In this document: piece after piece, positions 8,191-17,133 of the stretch
Numbering within the stretch: the stretch's first letter is position 1
How the letters are laid out: each line of letters starts with the position of its first letter
Assembly (NCBI GenBank): GCA_041487635.1
Contig: JBGPNR010000001.1
Span: 1 to 36,456 of the forward strand
Origin: Candidatus Udaeobacter sp.
GTDB taxonomy: Bacteria > Verrucomicrobiota > Verrucomicrobiia > Chthoniobacterales > UBA10450
DNA: 36,456 nucleotides
Direction: 5' to 3'
The notes under the pieces: model-generated
Seen by the model: the letters and a program-made list of their open reading frames with translations, nothing else
What the model was told of the DNA's origin: nothing
Database searches by the model: none
Position numbers and translations under genes: made by a program

Positions 8191-9174
8191 TCAAATATTC
8201 TCGGCCGCTTCACTCGTGGCGACCGGTTTCACTCGCATGGCGAGGAACGCACCCAGGAGCAGAACCGCCGCGCTCCAAAGCTGCGCGTGAGTGAGCCGTT
8301 CGTGAAAGATCCAAGCGGAGAGCGCCATCGCAGTGGCGGGACAAAGCAACTGGAGGGCCTGAGAGAGCGCGACTCCGATCTCGTGTATCGCCACATAATA
8401 CAGAACGTGGGCGAGCGTGATACAGGTAACAGCGGAAATGATTAGAACCAGGTTCGCCTGGACACCGGCGTGAATCGGCGTGTCGATCCTGCCGAAAGTG
8501 AGCGTGAGAGGAAAAAGCAGCGCCGAAGTGATGAAGCTGATCAATCCAAAGCTGCGGATTGGCCCAAGCTCAGCCGACGGACGTTTAATCAGAACACTGT
8601 AAAGCGCCCAGCAAAACGTTGCCGTAAAAGCGATGAACAATCCGGGCAATGCAATATGCCCCGAAGGCGTTCGGGGTTGCGCGTTGGCCTGGAACCAAAT
8701 CACGCCGAACGCTCCGGCCAACCCCAGCAAGGTGCCAAGTTGAAATTGCCACTGGCGAATGACGAAGCGTTCCTCTGGGAAAAATGCCAGCGCCAACAAC
8801 GCAGTGAAAATGACGGAAGCCCGAGTGAATATCGCATACACGCCAGGGCCCATGTAGAAAAGAGCCATCACTTGAGTGACTTGATGGACGACATTCGGCA
8901 GGCACGGAAGAAGGCAAAGCCTAATTGCACGCATGTCGATCCTCGGCCCGCCACCCCGCATCCGCCAAAGCACCAGTGGCGCGATCGCGATGCAGGCTAC
9001 TGAATACCGATAAAAATTTTGCGCCCAAGGATCATAAAACCGATTCAAATAGTACATGAAAAGCGACGGCAACGACCAGATGACGACTGTAGCGAATACT
9101 GCGGCGTAACCTTTCGAGAGATCGGCACTCCGGCGAACATCCGCAGATTCTCCGCGCGAATTTGGTTGTTTCAT
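8191..9174 (-). CDS. DMT superfamily (EamA-like) transporter
   Basis: 327-aa ORF that is hydrophobic throughout, with many predicted TM helices arranged as two similar halves typical of EamA/RhaT transporters. Confidence 0.75.
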   Translation of the reverse strand: MKQPNSRGESADVRRSADLSKGYAAVFATVVIWSLPSLFMYYLNRFYDPWAQNFYRYSVACIAIAPLVLWRMRGGGPRIDMRAIRLCLLPCLPNVVHQVTQVMALFYMGPGVYAIFTRASVIFTALLALAFFPEERFVIRQWQFQLGTLLGLAGAFGVIWFQANAQPRTPSGHIALPGLFIAFTATFCWALYSVLIKRPSAELGPIRSFGLISFITSALLFPLTLTFGRIDTPIHAGVQANLVLIISAVTCITLAHVLYYVAIHEIGVALSQALQLLCPATAMALSAWIFHERLTHAQLWSAAVLLLGAFLAMRVKPVATSEAAENI

Positions 9175-9250
9175 CAGTTTGCCGTTTCGGCGTATTTAAT
9201 TTGCTCGCTTACAAACGATAAATCGCTCAAAAAGTAGGCCGGAAGGAGAA

Positions 9251-10240
9251 ATGAATATGTTGAACAAGCAAACACTCACTATCGCGACAGCGTTATTTCT
9301 GTGGCTTACGGCTGTTCATATCGGGCTCGCGAAGAAACCAGCTGCGGGCGGCGGCGGGAACCATATGCAGCGCGGGATCGAACTCGCCCAACAAAAGCAT
9401 TTTGACGCTGCGGTTGCCGAATTTACAAAGGCCATTGAAGCAAACCCAAAAGATCCACGTGGCTATGCAAACCGCGGGACCGCCTATCGCCAGGCGGCGC
9501 GTGCTGCTGTGGCGGCGGGAGATCAGGAAGGGGCCTCAACCAGGTATCAATCTGCGATGGCAGATTTTTCAAAATACGTTGAACTCGCTTCGAAGGATGC
9601 GTCCGCCTATCTGGAACGCGGAGAGACCGAGGTCGAACTTAAACAGTACGACGCGGCCGTGGCTGATCTGAACAAAGCGCTCGAACTGAAGCCAGACGAC
9701 CTCACGGCAAACAAATTCCGGGGCTTCGCCGAGCTCGGACTCAGCCAGTGGGATAAGGCGGTCGCAGATTTCACGGCTGTGATCCAAAAAAAACCGGACG
9801 ATCTGCAGAGTTATGATCGGCGCGCATTAGCATATCGCGGTATGAAGAACTACGACGCGGCCATTGCCGATTACACATTTCTGCTCAGCAAAAACCCAAA
9901 CGATATGGAGGCGCTGACGAAGCGCGGCTACACCTACAGCCTGGCGCTGCATTACGAAAACGCTATTCCCGATTACGAGGCCGCTCTAAAAGTAAACCCG
10001 CAAGACAACGATACTTTCCAGCGCTTGCAATATGCGCAGTCGATGCTGGCGAAAAAGAATGCATCTCCTCCACCGGCTGCATCGCCCACGCCAAGTCCGA
10101 CGCCGGAAAAACCTGGCCTGCTCAGTTTGATGAATCCGCTGTACATCGGAATCGCCATTGTAGCGCTCATCATCATTGCTGTCGTGGTGCGCTTACTCAC
10201 ACGAGGAAAACCCGAAGGGACAAGCAGGATGATCCGCTGA
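9251..10240 (+). CDS. TPR-repeat protein with signal peptide, Pro/Ser/Thr-rich linker and C-terminal TM anchor
   Basis: 329-aa ORF with GGAAGGAG upstream. Repeated TPR-like units (AxxDFxKAIExxPxD), then the linker ASPPPAASPTPSPTPEKPG and the helix LYIGIAIVALIIIAVVVRLL. Confidence 0.8.
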   Translation: MNMLNKQTLTIATALFLWLTAVHIGLAKKPAAGGGGNHMQRGIELAQQKHFDAAVAEFTKAIEANPKDPRGYANRGTAYRQAARAAVAAGDQEGASTRYQSAMADFSKYVELASKDASAYLERGETEVELKQYDAAVADLNKALELKPDDLTANKFRGFAELGLSQWDKAVADFTAVIQKKPDDLQSYDRRALAYRGMKNYDAAIADYTFLLSKNPNDMEALTKRGYTYSLALHYENAIPDYEAALKVNPQDNDTFQRLQYAQSMLAKKNASPPPAASPTPSPTPEKPGLLSLMNPLYIGIAIVALIIIAVVVRLLTRGKPEGTSRMIR

Positions 10241-10541
10241 TTTGCGTATGCTGTAGTGTCCGCTGTCAATAGCGGATTTGCATTCTCGGTTCGCAACTCG
10301 GGATGCGCTGAGGGCAGCGCCCTCTACAGCGCGCATCGCGTCTCCATCAGCTCGGGCCGCAAGCCAAAATTTCTTTGACACGACCATGGGCGCGGTTAGC
10401 TTGCGGGCGCTTTTTGCTGGAACGAGGCGGTCCCATGGTCGTTCAAATTGCAAATTTGACGCGGCTTTGGGACTTTTGAATCTCTGGCACGGAGCGAAAC
10501 CGGTTTGCCGCGGAGGCGCTGGGTTGGCGAAGAAAGAGCAG

Positions 10542-10614
<73 letters not shown>

Positions 10615-10685
10615 CAGAAAGAACTCGCGACCGGCAGTAGAGAATTAGTACCCAAGACGAAGTTTAATTAAACAGGAGAATTGAA

Positions 10686-11870
10686 ATGGCTAAGGAAGCT
10701 TTTAAACGCGACAAGCCGCACGTGAACGTCGGCACGATCGGCCACGTGGACCATGGCAAAACCACCCTGACAGCTGCAATCACGATGGCGTTAGCGAAAA
10801 AGGGCATGGCCGAAGTGCGGGCATATGAATCGATCGATAATGCCCCCGAGGAAAAAGAGCGGGGAATCACCATCAACACAGCGCACGTGGAGTATTCGAG
10901 CGACAAACGCCACTACGCACACGTTGATTGCCCCGGGCACGCGGACTACGTCAAGAACATGATCACTGGCGCGGCACAAATGGATGGTGCCATTCTGGTA
11001 GTCTCCGCCGCGGACGGTCCCATGCCGCAGACGCGTGAACACATCCTGCTGGCCAGGCAGGTAGGGGTTCCATCGATTGTCGTTTTCCTGAACAAAGTCG
11101 ACATGGTCGATGATCCCGAGCTCCTTGATCTCGTGGAGATGGAAGTGCGCGATCTACTGACGCAGTATGAATTTCCAGGCGACAAAATCCCGATTGTCAA
11201 AGGCAGCGCGCTCAAGGCGCTGAATGGCGACGCGGAGGCGGAAAAGCAAGTCCTCGCGCTGGTGGAGGCGATTGACGATTACATCCCTGTCCCCGAGCGC
11301 CCCGTCGATCAACCATTCCTGATGCCGATCGAAGACGTGTTCAACATTGAAGGCCGCGGCACTGTCGCCACGGGTCGTGTCGAGCGCGGCGTTCTCAAGA
11401 AGATGGGAGAGGTCGAGCTGGTGGGCATTCGACCGACAGTTAAGACCGTGGCGACCGATATCGAGATGTTCCGCAAACTTCTCGATGAAGCGCGCGCGGG
11501 CGATAACGTCGGCGTTCTGTTGCGCGGCTTGAAGAAGGAGGAGGTAGAACGCGGGCAGGTCATCGCGAAACCGGGCTCCATTACGCCGCACAAGAAGTTT
11601 AAGGCGGAAGTTTACGTGCTGAGCAAAGAGGAAGGCGGACGTCACACTCCGTTCTTCAGCAATTACCGGCCACAATTTTATTTCCGCACGACTGACGTTA
11701 CTGGGACGGTTAAATTGCCCGAAGGCGTCGAAATGGTAATGCCGGGCGATAACATCTCCATCGAGGTGGAGTTGATCACGCCCATCGCGATGGAAAAGAC
11801 GATCCGGTTCGCCATTCGCGAAGGGGGCAAGACCGTCGGCGCGGGTCGCGTGGGCGATATTTTGGATTAA
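10686..11870 (+). CDS. tuf: elongation factor Tu
   Basis: 394-aa ORF with AGGAGA upstream and the GTPase motifs [21 protein letters not shown] and SAL. Confidence 0.98.
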   Translation: MAKEAFKRDKPHVNVGTIGHVDHGKTTLTAAITMALAKKGMAEVRAYESIDNAPEEKERGITINTAHVEYSSDKRHYAHVDCPGHADYVKNMITGAAQMDGAILVVSAADGPMPQTREHILLARQVGVPSIVVFLNKVDMVDDPELLDLVEMEVRDLLTQYEFPGDKIPIVKGSALKALNGDAEAEKQVLALVEAIDDYIPVPERPVDQPFLMPIEDVFNIEGRGTVATGRVERGVLKKMGEVELVGIRPTVKTVATDIEMFRKLLDEARAGDNVGVLLRGLKKEEVERGQVIAKPGSITPHKKFKAEVYVLSKEEGGRHTPFFSNYRPQFYFRTTDVTGTVKLPEGVEMVMPGDNISIEVELITPIAMEKTIRFAIREGGKTVGAGRVGDILD

Positions 11871-11875
11871 ATTGT

Positions 11876-11959
11876 TGTCATGTCGAGCGAAGTCGAGACA
11901 TCTCTGATTTGGTGATTCGAGAGATTCTTCGGCTCCGCTGCGCTTCGCTCAGAATGACA
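11876..11959. repeat. 84-bp inverted-repeat element (GTCAT..CGAGCGAAG family) between tuf and tRNA-Trp
   Basis: The left end tgtcatgtcgagcgaagtcgagac (11876-11899) is identical to the reverse complement of 5906-5929. The reverse complement of the right end is tgtcattctgagcgaagcgcagcggagccgaagaatctc. Confidence 0.65.
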
Positions 11960-11968
11960 ATTAAAAAT

Positions 11969-12041
11969 ACGCCAGTAACTCAATTGGTAGAGTAGCGGTC
12001 TCCAAAACCGCCTGTTGGGGGTTCGAGTCCCTCCTGGCGTG
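11969..12041 (+). tRNA. tRNA-Trp (anticodon CCA)
   Basis: Hand-folded cloverleaf. Acceptor stem acgccag/ctggcgt, anticodon arm gcggt-ctCCAaa-accgc, T arm ggggg-ttcgagt-ccctc. It sits in the canonical position between tuf and secE. Confidence 0.9.
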
Positions 12042-12071
12042 TGGCTACCGCCGTGTTAAAGGGTTGAATTG

Positions 12072-12131
12072 TTGAAGCGTTAAACCGGACGAAATGAATT
12101 TGCTGCGTGATTGGCCGCTTTAACCCTTCAA
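12072..12131 (+). other. long hairpin in the tRNA-Trp/secE spacer
   Basis: ttgaagcgttaaaccgg (12072-12088) pairs with ccgctttaacccttcaa (12115-12131) at 15 of 17 positions, with a 26-nt loop. Function unknown (processing site, terminator or repeat). Confidence 0.35.
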
Positions 12132-12152
12132 CGAGTCACGATTGCATTTTAA

Positions 12153-12371
12153 ATGATCACCAGGATTAAGAACTTCTTCGGCGAAGTGAAAGTGGAGCTG
12201 CAGAAATGTTCGTGGCCGTGGGACCCGAAGGAGAAAGGATTCCGCCGGTACAAGGAACTGAGTGATTCGACGGTTGTAGTCGTTATCGCGATGCTTTTGC
12301 TTGGTGGTTACGTCGCGCTGTTTGATTTCGTTCTGGTGAACGTTGTGCACTTTTTCACTCGAATACACTGA
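12153..12371 (+). CDS. secE: preprotein translocase subunit SecE
   Basis: 72-aa ORF with the typical start (IKNFFGEVKVELQKCSWP) and a single C-terminal TM helix, in the canonical position upstream of nusG. Confidence 0.9.
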   Translation: MITRIKNFFGEVKVELQKCSWPWDPKEKGFRRYKELSDSTVVVVIAMLLLGGYVALFDFVLVNVVHFFTRIH

Positions 12372-12375
12372 ATTT

Positions 12376-12945
12376 ATGGCACAGACACTCGCAGGGAAAG
12401 ATCAATGGTTCGTTGTGCACGTGCTTTCCGGGCAGGAAAACAAGGTGCGCGAGAATATTTTGAAACGCGTCAAGACAGAGGAAATGGGCGACTTGATTTA
12501 TGATGTGCTGGTTCCCACTGAGCGCGTCTCGGAGATCAAAAAGGGGAAAAAGAGCGAGACGACGCGAAAATTTTTCCCCGGCTATCTGATCGTTAACATG
12601 CACTTGCTCGACGAAAACAATCAGTTGGTCGGGCGCACGTGGTATTTCGTCCGCGACACCCCTGGCGTGATCGGGTTCGCTGGCACCAAGGACAAACCGA
12701 TTCCGATGCGCCAATCGGAAGTGGACAGCATGCTGGCGCAAATGAAAGAGCGCGAAGAAAAGGTGAAGCCGAAAGTCAGCTTTGAGGTGGGTGAATCGGT
12801 GAAAGTGGCCGACGGTCCGTTCCAAAATCAGACTGGTATCGTCGAAGAGATCGATCCTGAACGAGGCAAATTGCGCGTTTCGGTCACTATTTTCGGTCGC
12901 GCTACTCCGGTGGAACTGGAATATTGGCAGGTCGAACGCGGTTAA
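12376..12945 (+). CDS. nusG: transcription termination/antitermination factor NusG
   Basis: ATG at 12376, 4 nt after the secE stop. The NGN domain begins WFVVHVLSGQENKV, and the KOW motif is GESVKVADGPFQNQTGIVEEID. The ORF-track start at 12343 would overlap secE. Confidence 0.95.
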   Translation: MAQTLAGKDQWFVVHVLSGQENKVRENILKRVKTEEMGDLIYDVLVPTERVSEIKKGKKSETTRKFFPGYLIVNMHLLDENNQLVGRTWYFVRDTPGVIGFAGTKDKPIPMRQSEVDSMLAQMKEREEKVKPKVSFEVGESVKVADGPFQNQTGIVEEIDPERGKLRVSVTIFGRATPVELEYWQVERG

Positions 12946-13036
12946 CCTTTCGACAGAATTAACAAAATGATCAGAATCATTTCAGAGATGTTGTCCCGAA
13001 CCTATTTGTAAATTCTGTTCATTCTGTCTAAATCCT

Positions 13037-13462
13037 ATGGCAAAAGAAAAAGTAGCAGAAATAAAACTCCAAATTCCGGCGGGACAAGCTAACCCTGCGC
13101 CGCCGGTAGGTACCGCTCTCGGCCCGCGCGGTGTGAACATCATGGCGTTCTGCAAAGAATTTAACGCTGCCACCCAGAAACAAGCCGGCGACATTCTCCC
13201 GGTCGTGATCACCGTCTTCAAAGACAAATCATTCACGTTCATCACGAAGAGCCCTCCCGCTGCCGTCCTTTTGAAAAAGGCGGCTAACATCGCTGCCGGG
13301 TCCAAAGAGCCGAACAAAACGAAGGTCGGCAAAGTCACGCGCAAACAAGTCATGGACATCGTGAACACCAAGCGCCAAGACCTGAACGCGCGCGACGACG
13401 AAGCCGCCTTCCGCATCATCGCCGGCACCGCCCGCCAAATGGGCCTCGAAATCGCCGATTAA
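13037..13462 (+). CDS. rplK: 50S ribosomal protein L11
   Basis: 141-aa ORF containing [30 protein letters not shown]. It is full length, with a normal C-terminus ([10 protein letters not shown]). Confidence 0.98.
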   Translation: MAKEKVAEIKLQIPAGQANPAPPVGTALGPRGVNIMAFCKEFNAATQKQAGDILPVVITVFKDKSFTFITKSPPAAVLLKKAANIAAGSKEPNKTKVGKVTRKQVMDIVNTKRQDLNARDDEAAFRIIAGTARQMGLEIAD

Positions 13463-13473
13463 TAGTTTTCAAG

Positions 13474-14312
13474 ATGGTTAGCGCCATCTGTAAGCAGTGC
13501 GGTAATCCAATAGTTCGTCGTGGCACGAGACGACCAATTTTTTGCAGCATTTTCTGTAAGCCGCATGGCAGCGATTACAAAAACCTATCTCTCGACCGGA
13601 GCTACGGCGGTTGTACGTCGATGAAGGATTAGGGACGTATGCGATCGCACGGCTAGTGAATCGCGATCCAAAGCGAGTTTACGACTGGCTAACGGGATAC
13701 CAAATTCCCATTCGACGGCGAACGTGGGATACAACGACTCGAACAAAACCGTACCACGATCGCAATTGGCTCGAGCGCGAATATCTCAAAAGGAAGCGTT
13801 CGGCCTCTGAAATCGCGCGCCAGTTCGGGGTTACAGAGAATACTATTTTGTTTTTCCTAGATGTTCTGAAGATTCCCCGGCGGACAATGAGTGAAACGCG
13901 AGCTGTTAAACATTGGGGATCAAAGGGCGAAGATAACCCAATGTTTGGCCGGACAGGTCAAACGAACCCGCATTGGAAAGGCGGAGTAACGCCTGAGAGG
14001 CAGTCGTTCTATGTTTCGCAGGAATGGAAGCGCGCCTGTGTCGCGGTCTGGCACCGAGACAGAGCGACGTGCAAACGCTGCGGTAAAAAGGCTAAAGATG
14101 GTGCAGCTCTTCACATTCACCATATAGTTTCATTTGCTGTTCGGGCAGAGCGCGACAATCCCACAAATTTAGTTCTGCTCTGCAGTTCATGTCATCACTT
14201 CGTGCACAGCTTAGCAAATGCGAACGGGGAGTTCCTCGCTTCAGAAACGCGAGCGGGATGCTACATGAAGAGGTCGGCGGGCTGGCCAACAAACATAAGC
14301 GAGACAGAATAA
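13474..14312 (+). pseudogene. free-standing HNH homing-type endonuclease, disrupted by a 1-nt frameshift near 13560
   Basis: The frame starting at 13474 gives the zinc-ribbon start MVSAICKQCGN..FCSIFCK. The frame open from 13560 continues AAWQRLQKPISRPELRRLYVDEGL.. into the 13611-14312 ORF. That ORF has two HTH-like modules and the HNH/zinc motif CKRCG..HIHHIV..NPTNLVLLCSSCHHFVH. Restoring one base after AAG (13558-13560) joins the two frames. Confidence 0.75.
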
Positions 14313-14372
14313 GCAATGACTGGTGATCAGCCGTTCGATTTAGACTGATATCAAGCTGAGCGGTTGGAGCAG

Positions 14373-15458
14373 ATGACCACCGCAGCAGAGCAGCGCGCTA
14401 CATCCCACGAGCATAAATCGTTTAATGAGTACCGCCGCCAGCGATATGAGGAGTTGCAAACGTTCGCTGCAAAGCGGCGGAAGATTTATCTCGATACTAA
14501 GTTTTGGATTTGGTTAAGAGAACCACAGGCTTCGCCATATCCGTCTGCAATGGCGACCTTACTGGATAAACTGCGAGATGGTGCTTCCGAAGGAAGCATT
14601 TGTTGCCCCGTTAGTTATCCAATGTTCGTTGAAGCTACGAAAATTTTTCCGTTAAGTCGTCGGTATCAGCACGTTCGGGCGATGGATGAACTTTGCGAGG
14701 GAGTGGCACTACGCAATCCGTTCGATATTTTCGAACTAGAAGTGCTGGAGTTCTTCATCCGCAATTCACCCGCGCTTCGAAATCTGCCGCTACGACCGGA
14801 CAGCGTTTGGTGCCCCGTCGGGCACATGATAGGTGAAAAATATCCATTCCATCCGATGCTTGATGGTCGCGCCCAGGATGCTGCTCACAAATTTATCCTC
14901 GACGCAATGTGGGAGATGACGATGGCTGACTTAGTCATGCAAGATGTCCCGCACCCGCGGATGGATACGGCGCAGAAGGTCAACGCCGAGCGAAGTCTCA
15001 ATCCACGAGGCACGAAGACTTTCGAGCAACTGTTGAAAGAGGAATTGCACGGAGCGCTAGAGGCAATGTTTCCACACATTCGAAATGCCCTAAAAGATCT
15101 TGCGTCGGTATTCGGTATCAGCGCTGAGCCTGCCGATGTGACTCCCGAAGCCTTTCGTCCGGTAATCAACCTAATTCGTGAGGCCGTAACTCAAAATTTG
15201 GACCAAGCCGCGATCCCGTCATTGCGAATTCGCTCTGCATTGCATGCTGCAATACGGTTGGATGATAACCGGCCGTTCCGCGAAAATGATTTTCCCGATC
15301 TCGACCACTCTTCGGTTGCTGTTGCTTATTGCGATGTGTTCCTGACGGAACGTTCGTTTGGTGATTTGCTGGAACAATCATTCGTTAAAAACGTTTCGCG
15401 TTCACAGTGCTTCGTCGCAACCAGCCCGGAGGGCGCGTTAGCTGCACTGGACGCATAG
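14373..15458 (+). CDS. orphan hypothetical protein (possible PIN-like/HEPN-like nuclease motifs)
   Basis: ATG at 14373 preceded by GGAG (14366-14369). The ORF-track TTG start is at 14364. I cannot assign a family by eye. See the findings for the motif-level observations. Confidence 0.6.
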   Translation: MTTAAEQRATSHEHKSFNEYRRQRYEELQTFAAKRRKIYLDTKFWIWLREPQASPYPSAMATLLDKLRDGASEGSICCPVSYPMFVEATKIFPLSRRYQHVRAMDELCEGVALRNPFDIFELEVLEFFIRNSPALRNLPLRPDSVWCPVGHMIGEKYPFHPMLDGRAQDAAHKFILDAMWEMTMADLVMQDVPHPRMDTAQKVNAERSLNPRGTKTFEQLLKEELHGALEAMFPHIRNALKDLASVFGISAEPADVTPEAFRPVINLIREAVTQNLDQAAIPSLRIRSALHAAIRLDDNRPFRENDFPDLDHSSVAVAYCDVFLTERSFGDLLEQSFVKNVSRSQCFVATSPEGALAALDA

Positions 15459-15465
15459 CAAGCAT

Positions 15466-17133
15466 TTACTCGCGCTCGTCGTCGCTGTTTAAACGTTTAA
15501 AGTATTCCCACTGCTGCAGTGAAATCGGGACGTTGCCGTTTTTCCAGACGAAATCGTGGAAGGCGCGGAGGTTGAACTTGTCGCCATGCTGCATGCGCGC
15601 GTCGGCGAGAAATTTCATGATCTGCAACTTCCCGATTTGGTAAGTAATGGCCTGACCAGGACCAGTGGAAAACGCGATCGCTTCTTGCCGCGCGGTCTGT
15701 TCGTCCATCGGGACTTTCTCCTGTAGATAGTTGGCGGCTTGCTCGAGCGTGAATTCGCCGAGCGCGAGTTTCACGTCCACTTCCACGCGCAGCGCGCGGA
15801 GCCGCATGAAATTGTAAATGATCTCGCGCGTGTGCGGGCTGTCATCGAACAAACCGGCCTGCAGCATCATTTCTTCGGCGTAAAAGCCAATCCCTTCGTT
15901 CGCGCCGGAATCGTAGTAATGCCGCCGGATCGGGTCCTCGTGTTTCCACGAAAGACAAAGCTGAAAGTAATGACCGGGAATTCCTTCGTGAACAGTGATC
16001 GGCCGCGGATCCATCGCTGTCGCGCGCCAGAAGTAGCCAAGATTTTCTGACGGCTCAGGCACGTAACGGATGCAATTCTCGTTCAGCCGCGACGGCGACG
16101 TGAAGTCATCGTTCTCAGTAAAGCCGAGAGCGCGCAAATATTCCGGAGTCGGTCGAAGCGTGTAATGCTGGATCCAATCCGGCACAGTTAGAATCCCGCG
16201 CTCTTGGAGAAATTTACGGATCGACAATTCCTTTTCAGCTGCATCGCGAATCCAGTTATCGATGTTGTCGGCAATTTTCAGCGGCGGCACATCTTTGTTC
16301 CGATTTTTCTCGTACGCTTCGAACGCAACCGCGCGATTCCATTCCTGCCGTCCCATTGCCAGCAGTTCCTCCGGCGTGAACGGCATCAGTGCGACATTTC
16401 GCAAAAACCAGACGTACGCGTCGCGACCGAGCGCTGTTTGCTGCGGAAGCTTCGGCAGGTTTTCTTTGAGCTGCTGCTGAAATTTCTCCAGCGCACCGGC
16501 TGCTTGTTCGCAAGCGCTGTTTAGATCTTCCGGGCTCAGAGTCGTGGATTTTATGAGTGCGCTCGACATTTTGCGGAGACGCTCGCGAATGCCGTGGAGG
16601 TTCTGGATCGCGACGCTTGCAAACGGCGCCGGCGGATGCTCGAGATTCTCCGAGCCTTGCTGCAGGATCGACGGAATATTCTCGACTCGCGTGAGAATCT
16701 CGCGACTCCGTGCTTCCCCGTAAGGCGCGGGAATAGTAAGCGCTTCCGCCAGCGCGGTGAGCGTCTGCTCAACGTAAAAATTCGGATCGCGTTTCCAGCG
16801 CGGATTTACGTCGAGTTCCCAATGAACCCGTGACAGCGCAGAGCCGACCAGTTTGTAATCGACTTGCTGCGAAACTGGCCAGCTGCTCGGATCAATGTTC
16901 TTCCACCGCGTTTCGAATTGTTTCAGATCATTTCGCCGTTGATCAATGCTCGCTCGCGACCAATTGCGTATTCCCCCTGGCCGTTCCGATCGATTGACAT
17001 CGTCACCTGTGAACGGCGCGTATTTCGTGCGCCATGTCCAGAAGTCGTCGGCCAGCTTCTCGAGTGATTCAGCGGCGGCAATGTTCGCGACACAAATCGC
17101 AATCAACGCGAGCAAGGCAACGCGCGCTTTCAT
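15466..17133 (-). CDS. secreted DUF885-family protein, second paralog
   Basis: Contains the signature HEGIPGHYFQ. ATG at 17133 gives the signal peptide MKARVALLALIAICVANIAAA and overlaps the upstream stop as ATGA. The ORF-track start at 17265 lies inside the upstream gene. Confidence 0.8.
   Translation of the reverse strand: MKARVALLALIAICVANIAAAESLEKLADDFWTWRTKYAPFTGDDVNRSERPGGIRNWSRASIDQRRNDLKQFETRWKNIDPSSWPVSQQVDYKLVGSALSRVHWELDVNPRWKRDPNFYVEQTLTALAEALTIPAPYGEARSREILTRVENIPSILQQGSENLEHPPAPFASVAIQNLHGIRERLRKMSSALIKSTTLSPEDLNSACEQAAGALEKFQQQLKENLPKLPQQTALGRDAYVWFLRNVALMPFTPEELLAMGRQEWNRAVAFEAYEKNRNKDVPPLKIADNIDNWIRDAAEKELSIRKFLQERGILTVPDWIQHYTLRPTPEYLRALGFTENDDFTSPSRLNENCIRYVPEPSENLGYFWRATAMDPRPITVHEGIPGHYFQLCLSWKHEDPIRRHYYDSGANEGIGFYAEEMMLQAGLFDDSPHTREIIYNFMRLRALRVEVDVKLALGEFTLEQAANYLQEKVPMDEQTARQEAIAFSTGPGQAITYQIGKLQIMKFLADARMQHGDKFNLRAFHDFVWKNGNVPISLQQWEYFKRLNSDDERE

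Noticed and set aside
12343-12375. Earlier ATG (12343) for nusG overlapping secE
   Set aside because: The added residues (MCTFSLEYTEF) are not NusG-like and overlap the secE C-terminus. ATG 12376 gives the conserved NGN start.
13552-13565. Possible programmed -1 ribosomal frameshift joining the two HNH reading frames
   Set aside because: There is no X XXY YYZ slippery heptamer and no obvious downstream pseudoknot at the junction. A simple 1-nt deletion or a sequencing error is the more economical explanation.
13474-14312. HNH gene as part of a group I/II intron or an intein
   Set aside because: It lies in an intergenic spacer. Both neighbouring ribosomal genes are intact and uninterrupted, and no intron-like structure or intein splice motifs are visible.
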